DNA of 63,814 nucleotides, filler included, from Octopus bimaculoides (taxonomy: Eukaryota), in assembly GCF_001194135.2 (NCBI RefSeq). It is 4 parts of 4 records of this genome, joined end to end, with 100 filler letters (N's around TTAATTAATTAA, not from the genome) between each part and the next. Parts side by side here need not be neighbours in the genome. Positions count along the whole stretch, not along the records: positions 1 to 22,175 come from NC_068982.1; positions 22,276 to 44,231 come from NC_068988.1; 2 more parts are not named here. One strand, 5' to 3'. Under the pieces are notes generated by a model. The model had not been told where the DNA came from. It was given only the letters and a program-made list of their open reading frames with translations, and did not search any database. The translations under genes and the position numbers were made by a program. Every line of letters starts with the position of its first letter. Positions within the stretch are counted from its first letter, which is position 1. This document shows positions 13,386 to 27,500 of this stretch, one piece after another.

Positions 13386-15914
13386 CTCTCTCATTCTCAC
13401 TCACTTCCTCTCTGTCCCTTCTCTCCCCTGCTTTGCCATTCATTTCAACTATACCTTCTTTGCTTAACACCTTTTATTTAATTTTTCTTTGTACCTCTCC
13501 CTTTAACCTTTTTACCTCTTTCTATGAAGTAAGGGTGACACACACTACCAATACGTACGTAAAAAAAGAAAAGTTATATTAATGTTTAGGATATTTGTAC
13601 TCATGTGCACGATTTAATGCATGTTTTTCTGTGGCTATATTTAAAAGCGCGCGCACACGTACTCAAACATACATACACACACATACTCACACATACATAC
13701 ACACACATACACGCATACATACACATAAGCAACTATTAAGTCTTGTGTGATGGTAGTGCAATGTTTTTGCATGTGTAGTATTTGCTACAGAAGTCGATTC
13801 ATAATTTACAATTACAACATAAATACGTTATGACGAATGCATTTTATGGCTGGTCAGTATAATTTTGCAATACACCCTATTTGCATATAACGTTCACAAG
13901 TCTTTTAATGTGTATACTGTCAATAGCCATTATCATTGCGCGAAACCCTTCACTTGAATGTCGCATAGCCTTTTCCGCTGTAGATATATGCGACAACAAA
14001 TTTCACTTTATCTAAAAATGGATGTATTTTTACTTCACCAAGTTTATAGATTCACTCTCACATTCTTCTAGTTTCTCAAAGAATTTCATGGGTTTTACAG
14101 CCAATACGTTAGAATTGATTTTCACAGGAAGGGTAACTTTTCATGTTAATATGTTTGTGAAATTCTACTTTACTTTGCTGTAACGTCTAGAGATTCCAGG
14201 ACAAAACAAATGTTATTGTCAATAACACGTTGGATATTTTAAACAAACATCCACCTTAGTGAATTTCACGCGCGCAGCTGCTGTCTGTGATAAACTGCAC
14301 AGATTACAACAGACCGATTTATCTCTGAAAAGATGACTAAAATTTCATACATTGCAATCAATAGAAAATTGCGTCCCTAGGCTTTAAGTTATGAATTGTA
14401 CCCTAAAAATCATGGTAGAGGTTTTTTTTTTATTTTTTATATAATTTGCTAGTCTAACAAAAGCTTGGTCTGTTAATTCTAGCCTCGATGACAGATATTT
14501 CCTCATTCCTCAGCAACCATGGAGTCAAAGATTCCACCACTTTCGCAGATGTGAACAAAAATAATAAGCATAACGTATCGCCAGCGAGAATCAAACTTGT
14601 GTAGAAGATGTGACATTCTCAGCAATACGTCTGAATGATTAATTCCCGCTGTTTGCACATATGAAACCTTTTGTGAAGGAAATACGATTGTAAATGTCAA
14701 TACAAATATTCATTTTGTACATTACATGCCCAATATTCTTTTGTTTCGATTGTACACTTAGTATATATAGTGTCTACTTATAATTTCAGACACAACTTAG
14801 GGTAATCAAGTCCATGAGATAGAGTGTAAATTTGTGTTCCTCCTAGGGCATACTGAAAACAAGTTACTTGTAATTAATGTTATCCAATACAGTTGGGAAA
14901 ATATTTTTCTCTTTTAAGTCAAAGAACAAATACAAAGATGAGAGCTTGTTTTGTATATGCAAACGTTTTGGACAAGCTAATGTGAATGTTGGCTCCTAAT
15001 AGCATTAATAATCTCTAATAGTTGAATTTATTCAAAATTCTTTCATATGAAATATGAAATATTCTAAAGTAGGTTCACACGATTACAACGCAACACACGG
15101 AGTCGCAGAAAAAGCCTTTTTCGTTATTGTTGAAAGCATACATCTCTATCGTCAGTTTGGATGACCTAACCACATCTAATGCATCAGTGGCTTCAGGTTA
15201 GCAAAATCTCTTCAATAGAATGAACTGTGTTGAGTAGCGACACAAAGAAAAACGGATGCTAATACAGCCTTTTAAAGAATGACTAAATGTACAGATAAAC
15301 CCCGCTATAATAGCATAGCATTCATGGATTACAGCATACATGACTAACTGCATGGAAATGATAGGAGGGTTAAATCATTTTGAAACATAAAGATGTTTAT
15401 TACAGTGAAAAGAGGAGAAAAATAAAAGAAACATTCCACCATTAGAGCAAACCTAGCGTTGTCCAAGACCTACGTATTCACCTCTCTACTAATATTTGAA
15501 ATCTGAAATAAGCCATTAACATTTAGTCACAAACACATATGTATGAGCATGTACATGTACATGAATTTCTCTGCTATACCTCCTTCTCTATCTCTGTCTC
15601 TTTCTCTCTCTGTCTCTGTCTCTCTGTCTCTCTCTGTCTCTCTCTGTCTCTCTCTCTCTCTCTCCCTCCCTCTCTTGTTATACTTACTATCTCAATTAAA
15701 ACTCACGCTCACACGCAGTCATATACACATCAGCGAATATATTCAATGTTTCTATCGTAAAGCACTGTAAATAAGCATAAAATATGATCAGTTTCTGTAT
15801 ATACGTGTGTGTTCTCGCCTGCGTGTATCTAACGTGTGTGTGTGTGTGTGTGTGTGTATACTATATTTCTAGTACGGCGCATGATATGCCTTCAGATATA
15901 TATATATATATATA

Positions 15915-15955
<41 letters not shown>

Positions 15956-16145
15956 NNNNNNNNNNNNNNNNNNNNNNNNNNNNNNNNNNNNNNNNNNNNN
16001 NNNNNNNNNNNNNNNNNNNNNNNNNNNNNNNNNNNNNNNNNNNNNNNNNNNNNNNNNNNNNNNNNNNNNNNNNNNNNNNNNNNNNNNNNNNNNNNNNNNN
16101 NNNNNNNNNNNNNNNNNNNNNNNNNNNNNNNNNNNNNNNNNNNNN

Positions 16146-16420
16146 GTAGGATTTTCGAGTGAGATCGTTGCCAGTGCCCCTGGACTGGCTTGTGCGGGTG
16201 GCACATAAAAGACACCATTTCGAGCGTGGCCGTTTTCGTGCGGGTGACAAGTAAAAGTACCCACTACACTCTCTGAATGGTTGGCGTTAGGAAGGGCATC
16301 CAGCTGTAGAAACTCTGCCAAATTAGATTGGAGCCTGGTGTTGCCATCCGGTTTCACCAGTCCTCAGTCAAATCGTCCAACCCATGCTAGCATGGAAAGC
16401 GGACGTTAAACGATGATGAT
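16146..16420 (+). mobile_element. SINE, 3' portion (Meta/MESC-like central domain, (GAT)n tail)
   Basis: Contains tggttggcgttaggaagggcatccagctgtagaaac and ends aacccatgctagcatggaaagcggacgttaaacgatgatgat. The 5' end is lost in an N gap. The domain assignment is from memory. Confidence 0.75.
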
Positions 16421-17479
16421 GATGATGATGATGTATATATATATATATGCACATAAATAAGTGTATGTGTATGCGTGTGCGTTCTTGTGTTTGTGCGTGT
16501 TTGTGTGTATGTGTGTGTGCGTGTGTGTGTGTTTGTGTCTGCATGAGTGTGCATGTATGTCTGTATATCATAAGGCTCTAAATACAAGTCGTTTTCAATA
16601 ATCTCTGCAATGCGAAACCAAAAAGTGGAAAACTACTTTCAATTTGAGTCTTCTTTTAATACATGATACTGCTCGAGTTTCTATAATTTCGGAGTACATA
16701 ACCAATTGAATGGAATTCATAACCGAGCGTTTTTCCATTTTTCCATCCTACACTTGACCTGTTTTATTGATCAGACCGTTATTGGCAAAACATTTAGATC
16801 CTGTCTGTGTTTAGATGCCAACTTCATTATCTTGTTCTAAACGTATTGATTGATAAATAAACAGTACAAATATAACATGCCCGAATGAAACGGGTTTGAA
16901 GTTAAAGCTATTTACTCTTCGGTTGAAATTAAAGCAATTAGATAAAACACGTTAGTGTTCCCTAACATTGTTTTACATTATTTAAAATCAATCTATTTAA
17001 AAAAAAAAAACCGATAACTGATAAATGCCCCAGCCTTGTTGATAAAGTCCATGAAATTTCAGTTTTCAATGATTTACATATGGCTTAAGAACTATTGATT
17101 GTATACCCGTGTCAGATAATCCTGTATTTCATGAAATACGTGGTTTTGAAAAAAAAAAAAAATTAAAATACTGGGTTAGTTCGTTCACTCTGCTTGAGAC
17201 TAGCTAATATTATCCTCGAAACCAATTAACACTTGGACCACGGAACAGAATAAAGTAGATTAATTCAATTCCAATATTGTATTTCTTCTTATCAAATATC
17301 GCTTGACCGAATATAAAATCAGGCCATATGCTCTCATACAATGTAAACTATTCCGTGAGGTATTTGAGTAAGCATTTGAGGAATTATTTGCATTCAGGGA
17401 CCAATTCAATATACATGTGTCTCTGTGAGTGTGTGTATATATAAATATATATATATATATATATTCTTTGCAGTTTCAG

Positions 17480-17835
17480 CTCGGAGCTGTGTCCATGCTA
17501 ATGCACTGCCATTTTGCGACACTGTTATTACTGAGAATCGCCTCCAATATGTGGTACTTGGTGAAGAATGAAGTTTGATGTGGCTACCGTCATTTGCACC
17601 TCTTGCTGTGAGGTAGGTTCATCTGGAACTCTCGACAGGAAGAGATCCAGTCTTGATTGAAAAACGCCTACATCTACTTTGTGCATACCTCTCCCACCTT
17701 CGCTCCAGGGAGTAGAGTCTTAGATGTTTCAGACTTTTTCAGAAGCTGAGTTGTTGCAATGAGACGATATTCTCTGTGAAGCTTCGCTGGAATGCTTCAA
17801 GGTCCGCTGTTAATTTTGCATTGTTGGCTGACCAT
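17480..17835 (-). mobile_element. CR1/L2-like LINE, 3' fragment of ORF2
   Basis: Minus-strand translation DLEAFQRSFTENIVSLQQLSF*KSLKHLRLYSLERRWERY matches the LE.VQR.FT...L.LYSLERRR motif of the CR1/L2 ORF2 C-terminus. Confidence 0.75.
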
Positions 17836-20800
17836 ATATATATATATATATATATATANNNNNNNNNNNNNNNNNNNNNNNNNNNNNNNNNNNNNNNNNN
17901 NNNNNNNNNNNNNNNNNNNNNNNNNNNNNNNNNNNNNNNNNNNNNNNNNNNNNNNNNNNNNNNNNNNNNNNNNNNNNNNNNNNNNNNNNNNNNNNNNNNN
18001 NNNNNNNNNNNNNNNNNNNNNNNNNNNNNNNNNNNNNNNNNNNNNNNNNNNNNNNNNNNNNNNNNNNNNNNNNNNNNNNNNNNNNNNNNNNNNNNNNNNN
18101 NNNNNNNNNNNNNNNNNNNNNNNNNNNNNNNNNNNNNNNNNNNNNNNNNTATATATATATATATATATATGTACATATATGTATATGTATTTATATATAT
18201 ATGGAAGGAGAGGGAGAGAGGGATGTGAAAGGAGATATGTAGATAGTAGACAGATCACTAGATAGATGGACAGGTAAATCGGTAGACAGAGGGAGAGGGC
18301 GAAAGAAGAAGAGTAGGTATGGTTTCTTCCGAAATAATCCAAAAGTACTTTTGAGAATGCACAGTATGAGAATGTGTTGAATGTGCATCTAAGTTTCTGC
18401 AAAATAGCGTTACCAAGATATGCCCATGTAGTTATATCTAATTTATCAAACAAATGTTTTTAAAGTGTTGGAGTATACAATGAGTAGGACTATTATAGAA
18501 AAAAAAAACAAATAATACTGGGTTATGGTTGTTCTACATTGAGTTTTCTCTTGTAAGGTTTACACACTCCTTTCAATTCCAATATCCCTGAAAGAGTCAT
18601 AAATAATCGCTGGAATGACAATAACCAAACGCCAGGGAAACATCAATAAATGATTCCCTATATAATGAACTATTAATAAAATGAATGTTATACAAAATCA
18701 ATTGCAAATATCTTTATTCAACATTTCGGAAGTTTTTCTTTCTCTCTGAAACAATTTGAAACGAATTTCATGCAAACATTTCCTGTGGCGAAGAAAAGTA
18801 AGCACTGATAATAATTTTGTTAAGGGCATGGTATTTCACATTATTTCACCCCGCACAGGGTAATAATGCATCGATAACTACGTGTCATTTCGTATACTAA
18901 TTCGAGACAGATTAAACAAGGAACATCAACGTATCAATATAGTATGTTAGCTTTATCTCAAACCTAATTATGAAGAAGGACTTCTTCATGTAATTGTCTC
19001 AGACTGCTGCAACAGATGGATATAGAAGAATGTTAATAAGTTATTTGATTCAATATGGTGTGTAATCATCAGCAGACATTTTCTCGTATTTTACTGCAAT
19101 GTACATTGAATGTCATTGAATTCAATATTCAACAATTAATGCCAACAAATTAGACGAATGCTACTATATATAAACATTAATGCCATTTTCATGAAAATCT
19201 ATTGTGTTTTTTCCTCTCTTTTTAAATTTTTACCTCCATTGTTGAATTAAGAAATCATTCAAGAGCTAATTTGCACATTTATTCTCCGCTTCAATTACGG
19301 TTAGAACATTCAGAAGCTTAAACAAATTATTTTCAGTCATCTTATTGTTTGTCGAAGTGAATATTTACATGGAGATTATTTCAAACAGAAGATGTAAAAT
19401 ACCACCGAGTTGATAAACACAGAAGGTTGCAGTTTAGTTTATGTCAAATTCATTCTATTATCAGTACATTATATATAAACACCCATTGATATTTTCTCAA
19501 CGTTATGTTATTGCCATTTCAGAGATCACAATAGAAACTAGTTCAAAGCAAGAATGCTATTTGAAATACCTTGCATTTAAAAGATTGTTTTCACCATGTT
19601 ATTGAGCAAAGAATAATTAAGGTATGTTTTCGCTAGCTAGCACGATCCACTTTGCAGCTTGCTTTTCATGTGCTTGCTTCCAATAGATATTGTAACAATG
19701 CACAGCGAGTTTATATTGGATATAAAATACTAAACACCAAGAGCTATCTCAGAGAATTGCTTTCTTTTGTGTAATTCGATGCACAACTTTATCTTTTATC
19801 TTACCTTCACTTTTTGTAATATTTCACCCTGGGAGTAACAAATTGAATAGATCAAACAATATAAACAACAATTCAAAAGAAAATGCGAGATGATTGACTA
19901 TCCAGTTTAAAGATTGCAGAAAGAAACCGCATACAAATAACAGATAATTAGTTCAGAATAGTGTTTGAGGATTACTAAAACAAAGATGGCTGGAAGGCAT
20001 CGTAACTCTTAGTAAAAAATGATCAATTCTGCTATTGAAACAGCTTGCGCAAAAGAGAAACATTGAAAAGAAGTAAAAGATCTGTAGCGTGAAAGCGTTT
20101 CACTTATTCAATGGTATTACTTCGTGTGCTGGACAAGAATCCTACATTATATACATATGTAGAAGTCTACGTGATTGGTTGTATGACAAATGCTATAGAT
20201 TATATGGCCTCTGTCTGTTACTGAAAATGTTAAACCTAATAACACAAATAATATAAATTATACGTTGTAAAGAAATTGTATATACTGTTGTGTTATATTT
20301 CAAATGCAGAATAAACTAATCCAGACTGAAGCAAAAGCTATTTGATATATGCTAAACATAAGCACCAATAAATGAACGAAATAAATTAGCAATTTAATTA
20401 GAATTCTATATCTTAGATAATGCTCATTTCGTTACTAAAATGGCAAATAGAATATTTTAATTACGAAAATAAAATCTATTAATTATCAGACGTGTTGCTA
20501 ACAAATTACTATGTTGCATTTCAAAATTTCCTATTGCAATAATTATAATCCATATTAATTGACAAACTATTTCCACTGCGTCATATATATTGAAAACTTC
20601 ATGATTTACATTAAATAATGATTTCCAAATATCGCGTTTAGCATAACCGTAGTCGTCACTCGCAAGTGATAATGACTTCATATTATGTACTATGTTTACT
20701 ATAATTATTATAGATGCATGTATTGTAACGAGTATATATAGACACTATTTTCTCTCGACATCTGACATAACAGCTAGAATGCGTTGGAGTTCCAATAACA

Positions 20801-21085
20801 TTCAGCTGGTACACATTTTTAATTAAGTAGATTGAAACACCATGAAGTGTTTCATTGAATGACACGGCATTCTCTGGTCAAGGAATCAACCACATGATCC
20901 TACATGCATCCATCCAACGCCTAAAATACTAGACCACCCACACTCACACATATGCTTATTCTTATTTTTTATAAATCATATCGAAAGTAAAATAGACTGA
21001 AACGAAGTCTATTTACTGTTCCTGTACTTATTTACTGTTCCAGATGAATGATAAATACAATGAAACTAAATCGATTGTTACTTAC

Positions 21086-21343
21086 CGTCATTATCTTCAT
21101 ATAAAACTGCAAACTTTCTCCAACCCCAGTACCGGATAAGATCTAGGTAAGCTCTTCCCATGGTCTGGTAGTGGGGATAAATGTTGATGGCGAAAAAACT
21201 CCGTACATTTACATCCCTCGAATCCCATTCTGTGTGTAAGTTCGGAATTTGAAGTGATCCACATATTGATTGCACGTGTGCAGCAGATACAGTAGATATT
21301 GGTCCAAAAATGGCAGCAACACCTTTTTTAATTTGTTGACATA
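21086..21343 (-). CDS. Internal exon of a kainate-type ionotropic glutamate receptor (amino-terminal/LIVBP domain); partial gene
   Basis: Acceptor ttcaattttcttttcAG before 21343 and donor GTAAGT after 21086; 258 bp, phase 1-1. It encodes (V)CQQIKKGVAAIFGPISTVSAAHVQSICGSLQIPNLHTEWDSRDVNVRSFFAINIYPHYQTMGRAYLDLIRYWGWRKFAVLYEDND(G), which aligns without gaps to GluK2 residues 95-181 (ACDQLSLGVAAIFGP...VQSIC...YP...RAILDLV...W...VVYDDSTG) as I recall that sequence. Confidence 0.93.
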
Positions 21344-21483
21344 CTGAAAAGAAAATTGAAAAGAAATGACTGAAATTCATCTCTAAAACACTTTTAAGTC
21401 GATATTTAGAGTTTATAGGTTCAAATAGACATTTCCAACGTGTATGTGTCGGTGCAAATAAATGGGAGCATTTGTGATTGCCG

Positions 21484-21592
21484 TATGTATGTGTGTATGT
21501 ATGTATGTATGTATGTATGTATGTATGCATGTTAGTATGTATATAAATAGATAGGTAGGTAACTAGGAGTGAAGTAGGTATATAGATAGATG

Positions 21593-21665
<73 letters not shown>
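21484..21665 (+). repeat. (GTAT)n and (TCTA)n tetranucleotide arrays
   Basis: Direct reading. Confidence 0.9.
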
Positions 21666-22094
21666 GTACCACTTGAAAAGGAGGATGAGAATATAGAGAA
21701 AAGTGTTATTGAATGAATGTTTCAATAAAAGATGGGTGAATGTGACAAGAATGGTAAGTACGAAAGACGAAACCAGTTTAAGCATAAACATGTAAGAAAA
21801 AGAGACAAAGAGAGAAAAAGGTACTTATTTCAAGTACCTTTTGAAAAAACTGCCTGAGGTAACCGTGGTCTCTTTCGTAGGCTTTTCTCCCCAGGGATAA
21901 ACTTAATCCGTTCCCCCCTTTTACATTGACTATGATACACGATCCCTATTGATCGAAATTCTACCCCATTCCTTCCTTTCTTTTTCCCCCTTCCTTTTTT
22001 TCCCCCAAATAAAAGCTCTACATTATATTTTGTCCACTTTCTGTATTTAGCGCTTGTGGCCATAATAAAAAGATATCTATCTTTCTATCAATCA

Positions 22095-22152
<58 letters not shown>

Positions 22153-22175
22153 ACATACATACATACATATATATA

Positions 22176-22275
22176 NNNNNNNNNNNNNNNNNNNNNNNNN
22201 NNNNNNNNNNNNNNNNNNNTTAATTAATTAANNNNNNNNNNNNNNNNNNNNNNNNNNNNNNNNNNNNNNNNNNNN
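22176..22275. other. Artificial 100-bp scaffold spacer N44-TTAATTAATTAA-N44
   Basis: Identical 44+12+44 layout at three sites; the palindromic 12-mer has stops in all six frames. Confidence 0.9.
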
Positions 22276-22315
<40 letters not shown>

Positions 22316-22801
22316 AATATAACGTTGTATATACAATAATTTAGCTCTCATAGTTCTCAACATGTTTGATTATGGTTATTTGCTGTTTGCATGTGTCTGC
22401 CTGTATGACTTAATATTCCATGGGCAAATAGGAACCTCCGCTCCATCAATTTTATGTTCTCTCTTGATTCATACTGTTAGTATATATATATACATCTACA
22501 CACACATATACACACACACATATATATACACGCACACACATAAATACACACACACATACATATGTGTGTATAAAAGAGGAAGATTATTCATTTTCTTCGT
22601 TTCGTGTTTCACCTCGAAAGAATTGACCAGGCTAGGGTTCGCCACTCGCATTCTATCGTTACACCGTTACTGATCCTCCCCTACATTAGTGAGAAAAACT
22701 CATGTAGCTGCCTTCATTCTTATATCTTGCAGCAGAAGAAGGTAAAACATTCAGATTATTGGGATTGAAAATGAATTAGTATTTGTAAATCTGAGGTCTA
22801 C

Positions 22802-22843
<42 letters not shown>

Positions 22844-24184
22844 NNNNNNNNNNNNNNNNNNNNNNNNNNNNNNNNNNNNNNNNNNNNNNNNNNNNNNNNN
22901 NNNNNNNNNNNNNNNNNNNNNNNNNNNNNNNNNNNNNNNNNNNNNNNNNNNNNNNNNNNNNNNNNNNNNNNNNNNNNNNNNNNNNNNNNNNNNNNNNNNN
23001 NNNNNNNNNNNNNNNNNNNNNNNNNNNNNNNNNNNNNNNNNNNNNNNNNNNNNNNNNNNNNNNNNNNNNNNNNNNNNNNNNNNNNNNNNNNNNNNNNNNN
23101 NNNNNNNNNNNNNNNNNNNNNNNNNNNNNNNNNNNNNNNNNNNNNNNNNNNNNNNNNNNNNNNNNNNNNNNNNNNNNNNNNNNNNNNNNNNNNNNNNNNN
23201 NNNNNNNNNNNNNNNNNNNNNNNNNNNNNNNNNNNNNNNNNNNNNNNNNNNNNNNNNNNNNNNNNNNNNNNNNNNNNNNNNNNNNNNNNNNNNNNNNNNN
23301 NNNNNNNNNNNNNNNNNNNNNNNNNNNNNNNNNNNNNNNNNNNNNNNNNNNNNNNNNNNNNNNNNNNNNNNNNNNNNNNNNNNNNNNNNNNNNNNNNNNN
23401 NNNNNNNNNNNNNNNNNNNNNNNNNNNNNNNNNNNNNNNNNNNNNNNNNNNNNNNNNNNNNNNNNNNNNNNNNNNNNNNNNNNNNNNNNNNNNNNNNNNN
23501 NNNNNNNNNNNNNNNNNNNNNNNNNNNNNNNNNNNNNNNNNNNNNNNNNNNNNNNNNNNNNNNNNNNNNNNNNNNNNNNNNNNNNNNNNNNNNNNNNNNN
23601 NNNNNNNNNNNNNNNNNNNNNNNNNNNNNNNNNNNNNNNNNNNNNNNNNNNNNNNNNNNNNNNNNNNNNNNNNNNNNNNNNNNNNNNNNNNNNNNNNNNN
23701 NNNNNNNNNNNNNNNNNNNNNNNNNNNNNNNNNNNNNNNNNNNNNNNTAACACAGCTCTCAGGGACCATAGTGCTATATTGAGACGGATATTTTGGTGTC
23801 TAAGTACGATAAGCTGAAAAAAGTTCCATTTAAACTTCACGGTTGTCGTGTATGTGAATGAGAATTCAGGAGTTAAGGAAGGGTCACAGATAAAGGGATT
23901 TTATAAAAAGATTCCTTTTGCCACTATGTCATATTTTCTTGTATTCTATAACTTCCTCAAACTCCGAACGCTGCTGGAAAATTATTTTTGTTGTCTCTGT
24001 CAATATAATGAAATGTGTGTGTTTATGTATATGGGAGTTTATATGTTTGAGTATGTGTCTGTGTGCGCGTGTTTGAGCGTTAGTGACCTATTTTGTCCGT
24101 TTGTGTGTGTGTGTTTGCCACTATTCTCCGCAGGACAGCCGCTGCCAGTATGTTTAAGTGTGCATATCTTAGCGCCTCGGCTAC

Positions 24185-24290
24185 AGACATCCGATAGAAT
24201 AAATAGAAGGCTTAAAAAATATAAGTACTGGGTTCAATAAATTCGAAGAACGGTTCTTCAAGACGGTACACCAGCATGGTCACAGTTTAA
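24185..24290 (+). mobile_element. Diverged 3' fragment of the tRNA-derived SINE family seen at 50725-51103
   Basis: gatagaataa...ggttc...cggtacaccagcatggtcacagt resembles the 3' end of the 50725 copy. Confidence 0.55.
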
Positions 24291-24556
24291 AAGGTATGTA
24301 TTTATGTATACATATATGTGAATGGGCGTAGTGACATCGTAGTTTCTATTTTGTGACCGGCTGCTCGATGCAAAGCATTTTATTTCAGGTTGTTGCACTC
24401 CACTCTGTTGCAAATTGTTATCCCTGCGATGATCTAACCTTCCGGCTAAGGAAGATGTTCGGTTGCTTGCCTAACCAAGGGATGAAGGCATGCATCGAAA
24501 GATATGACCAGTGATGTGTAATAAAATTCCATACGCAGGTTGATATGTTAATATAC

Positions 24557-24592
<36 letters not shown>

Positions 24593-27500
24593 NNNNNNNN
24601 NNNNNNNNNNNNNNNNNNNNNNNNNNNNNNNNNNNNNNNNNNNNNNNNNNNNNNNNNNNNNNNNNNNNNNNNNNNNNNNNNNNNNNNNNNNNNNNNNNNN
24701 NNNNNNNNNNNNNNNNNNNNNNNNNNNNNNNNNNNNNNNNNNNNNNNNNNNNNNNNNNNNNNNNNNNNNNNNNNNNNNNNNNNNNNNNNNNNNNNNNNNN
24801 NNNNNNNNNNNNNNNNNNNNNNNNNNNNNNNNNNNNNNNNNNNNNNNNNNNNNNNNNNNNNNNNNNNNNNNNNNNNNNNNNNNNNNNNNNNNNNNNNNNN
24901 NNNNNNNNNNNNNNNNNNNNNNNNNNNNNNNNNNNNNNNNNNNNNNNNNNNNNNNNNNNNNNNNNNNNNNNNNNNNNNNNNNNNNNNNNNNNNNNNNNNN
25001 NNNNNNNNNNNNNNNNNNNNNNNNNNNNNNNNNNNNNNNNNNNNNNNNNNNNNNNNNNNNNNNNNNNNNNNNNNNNNNNNNNNNNNNNNNNNNNNNNNNN
25101 NNNNNNNNNNNNNNNNNNNNNNNNNNNNNNNNNNNNNNNNNNNNNNNNNNNNNNNNNNNNNNNNNNNNNNNNNNNNNNNNNNNNNNNNNNNNNNNNNNNN
25201 NNNNNNNNNNNNNNNNNNNNNNNNNNNNNNNNNNNNNNNNNNNNNNNNNNNNNNNNNNNNNNNNNNNNNNNNNNNNNNNNNNNNNNNNNNNNNNNNNNNN
25301 NNNNNNNNNNNNNNNNNNNNNNNNNNNNNNNNNNNNNNNNNNNNNNNNNNNNNNNNNNNNNNNNNNNNNNNNNNNNNNNNNNNNNNNNNNNNNNNNNNNN
25401 NNNNNNNNNNNNNNNNNNNNNNNNNNNNNNNNNNNNNNNNNNNNNNNNNNNNNNNNNNNNNNNNNNNNNNNNNNNNNNNNNNNNNNNNNNNNNNNNNNNN
25501 NNNNNNNNNNNNNNNNNNNNNNNNNNNNNNNNATATATATATATATATATACATATACACTATCCCGGTGGGTACCGCGGTAACTCTCAGGTCTATTCCA
25601 AGTTACAGCTAATCGCTAACCGCCAATGATTGCTTATTATTAGTAATATCATTGTAATTCTTCCGATGAGTAACTCCAGTTTCAAATCCAGGATTACAAA
25701 TATACAGAGAATATGGAGACAGGTACATAATGAATTTTGTTTTACCTTTTATTTTCAAAGTTAGTTGCACAATATAATTATTTGGTTACAATGGACGGAA
25801 CGTGCAATTGCTCCACAGAATATAAGCAGTTGTACATGCAATTCACCATAATCTTCTGTGCACCTTTATTCATGGTCCATCTACAAGCTGGTTTGACGTG
25901 AACTAAGTGAGATTATTTATTTGTAGCTAATTTAAGATATTAAGTTATATATTATATATTTATATGTAGAATTATGAAATACGCTGATCGGGCTCGAGCG
26001 TTAGTGTCGCGGAATAAGATACTTCCATTTATTCCGACTCTATGCATTCTGAATAAAAATGCTAGTGTCGATAATACCTCCATAAAATCGCCTAAACTCT
26101 CTCTCTCCCTCTCTCTCTCTCACTCTCTCTCTCTCTCTCTCATGAAAATTGCCACCTTTGTAATTATATCAGAAACTATTAAATATGTGAGTTGGCATTA
26201 TAGGACTAGCTGACAGAAGCTTTAGAGCATCCGAGAAAATTGATACATGGGATCAGTTACGAGTCTGTAGCTTTTGAATTCAAATTTTATCATGGCCAAC
26301 TTTTGTTCATCCCACTGGCCGGTAAAATAAACTACGAGTCAAATATTAAGTTGCTTGTAATTTTCTAATCACTACATCCCAAGGCTGTTGGCCTAGTACG
26401 TAATTCGAAACAATAACGGACATCTAAAGCAACTAAAAGATGCATTAATCCGAAATATTAAGATACCCCAAAATTTATTATTACTTTTAACTACGTATAA
26501 TCATTTTACCAAAGCAAACAAGTTTTATGTTACTAGTATTATTTATATTTATATAATTACAACAAAATTATGATATACATAACCCTAACCTCAGCAAGTA
26601 CTGCTATCAGTTAAACTCAGCTAGATTTTTCATTTCACAACTCATTGGGTCAGATCATTCCACTTTCTATAGCATTCTATTTACCAATCGTAATTTTCCG
26701 TGTCCAGAACATAGAATTAATGTAATATATCAACTTCATGATATCTTTTCATATAAAGTAACTGTGAATCATATATGCAATAAAAGAGCGAATGTGCTAA
26801 AAGTTACGCATATTTTTAATTGATGCAGATAGATATATGAAGTATATATAGACAGATATATACAAAAAGAAAGTAGATGTATAAATCAAAATATCCGTTG
26901 CAATAACAAGAATCTAATTTACCAACGTCCTATGATCAAGATAAAAAAACAGTCTAACTTAGAAAAATATACAATTTCTATTTCTGACATTAAGTCACGG
27001 ATAACATTATAAACTGAGTCATGATATCGATTTATATGCTACACGTATATATTAATTTTTTAGGTCCCTTACTCTGCTTTCTCTCATTTGGGAAACCAAA
27101 GCTTTAAAAACATGGACGTTTTTATCAAGACCTTGCAAAAGAAAAAGATGTTATACTTATATATGAAACAGCAGTACCTAATGTATTATTTTACGGCGTT
27201 TGCTTATGGCCTTAATTCTTTGGGATACTTCCTTTTGAATTGGAAGGAAGAACTAAATTGTCAACTGTATGCTAGGATTTATTTAGCCCACTATAATTTG
27301 TTACCTTGTTCCAAAATAGATTGTGCTTTGTCCAATTTAGAAAAGCCCCATTTTGCAAGAAGATATTTATACAAGACAAAATCTTCTTTTCACAAGTATT
27401 AACGGCATTCTTCACAGCGTGGCTATCATATGACATACAATCATTATTAAAACTGCTGACACCGGTCTATATATTACACTGTAAACAGAGGCATTTGATT

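Noticed and set aside
14503-14700. Minus-strand GGIFDS resembling the start of an iGluR amino-terminal domain
   Set aside because: A stop follows six codons later, there is no suitable acceptor, and it lies downstream of the identified exon.
20457-20681. Minus-strand ORF containing NIYDAVEIVCQL, superficially like the LYDSFEASKKACDQL region
   Set aside because: No further similarity, no convincing splice sites, and the wrong position relative to the real exon.
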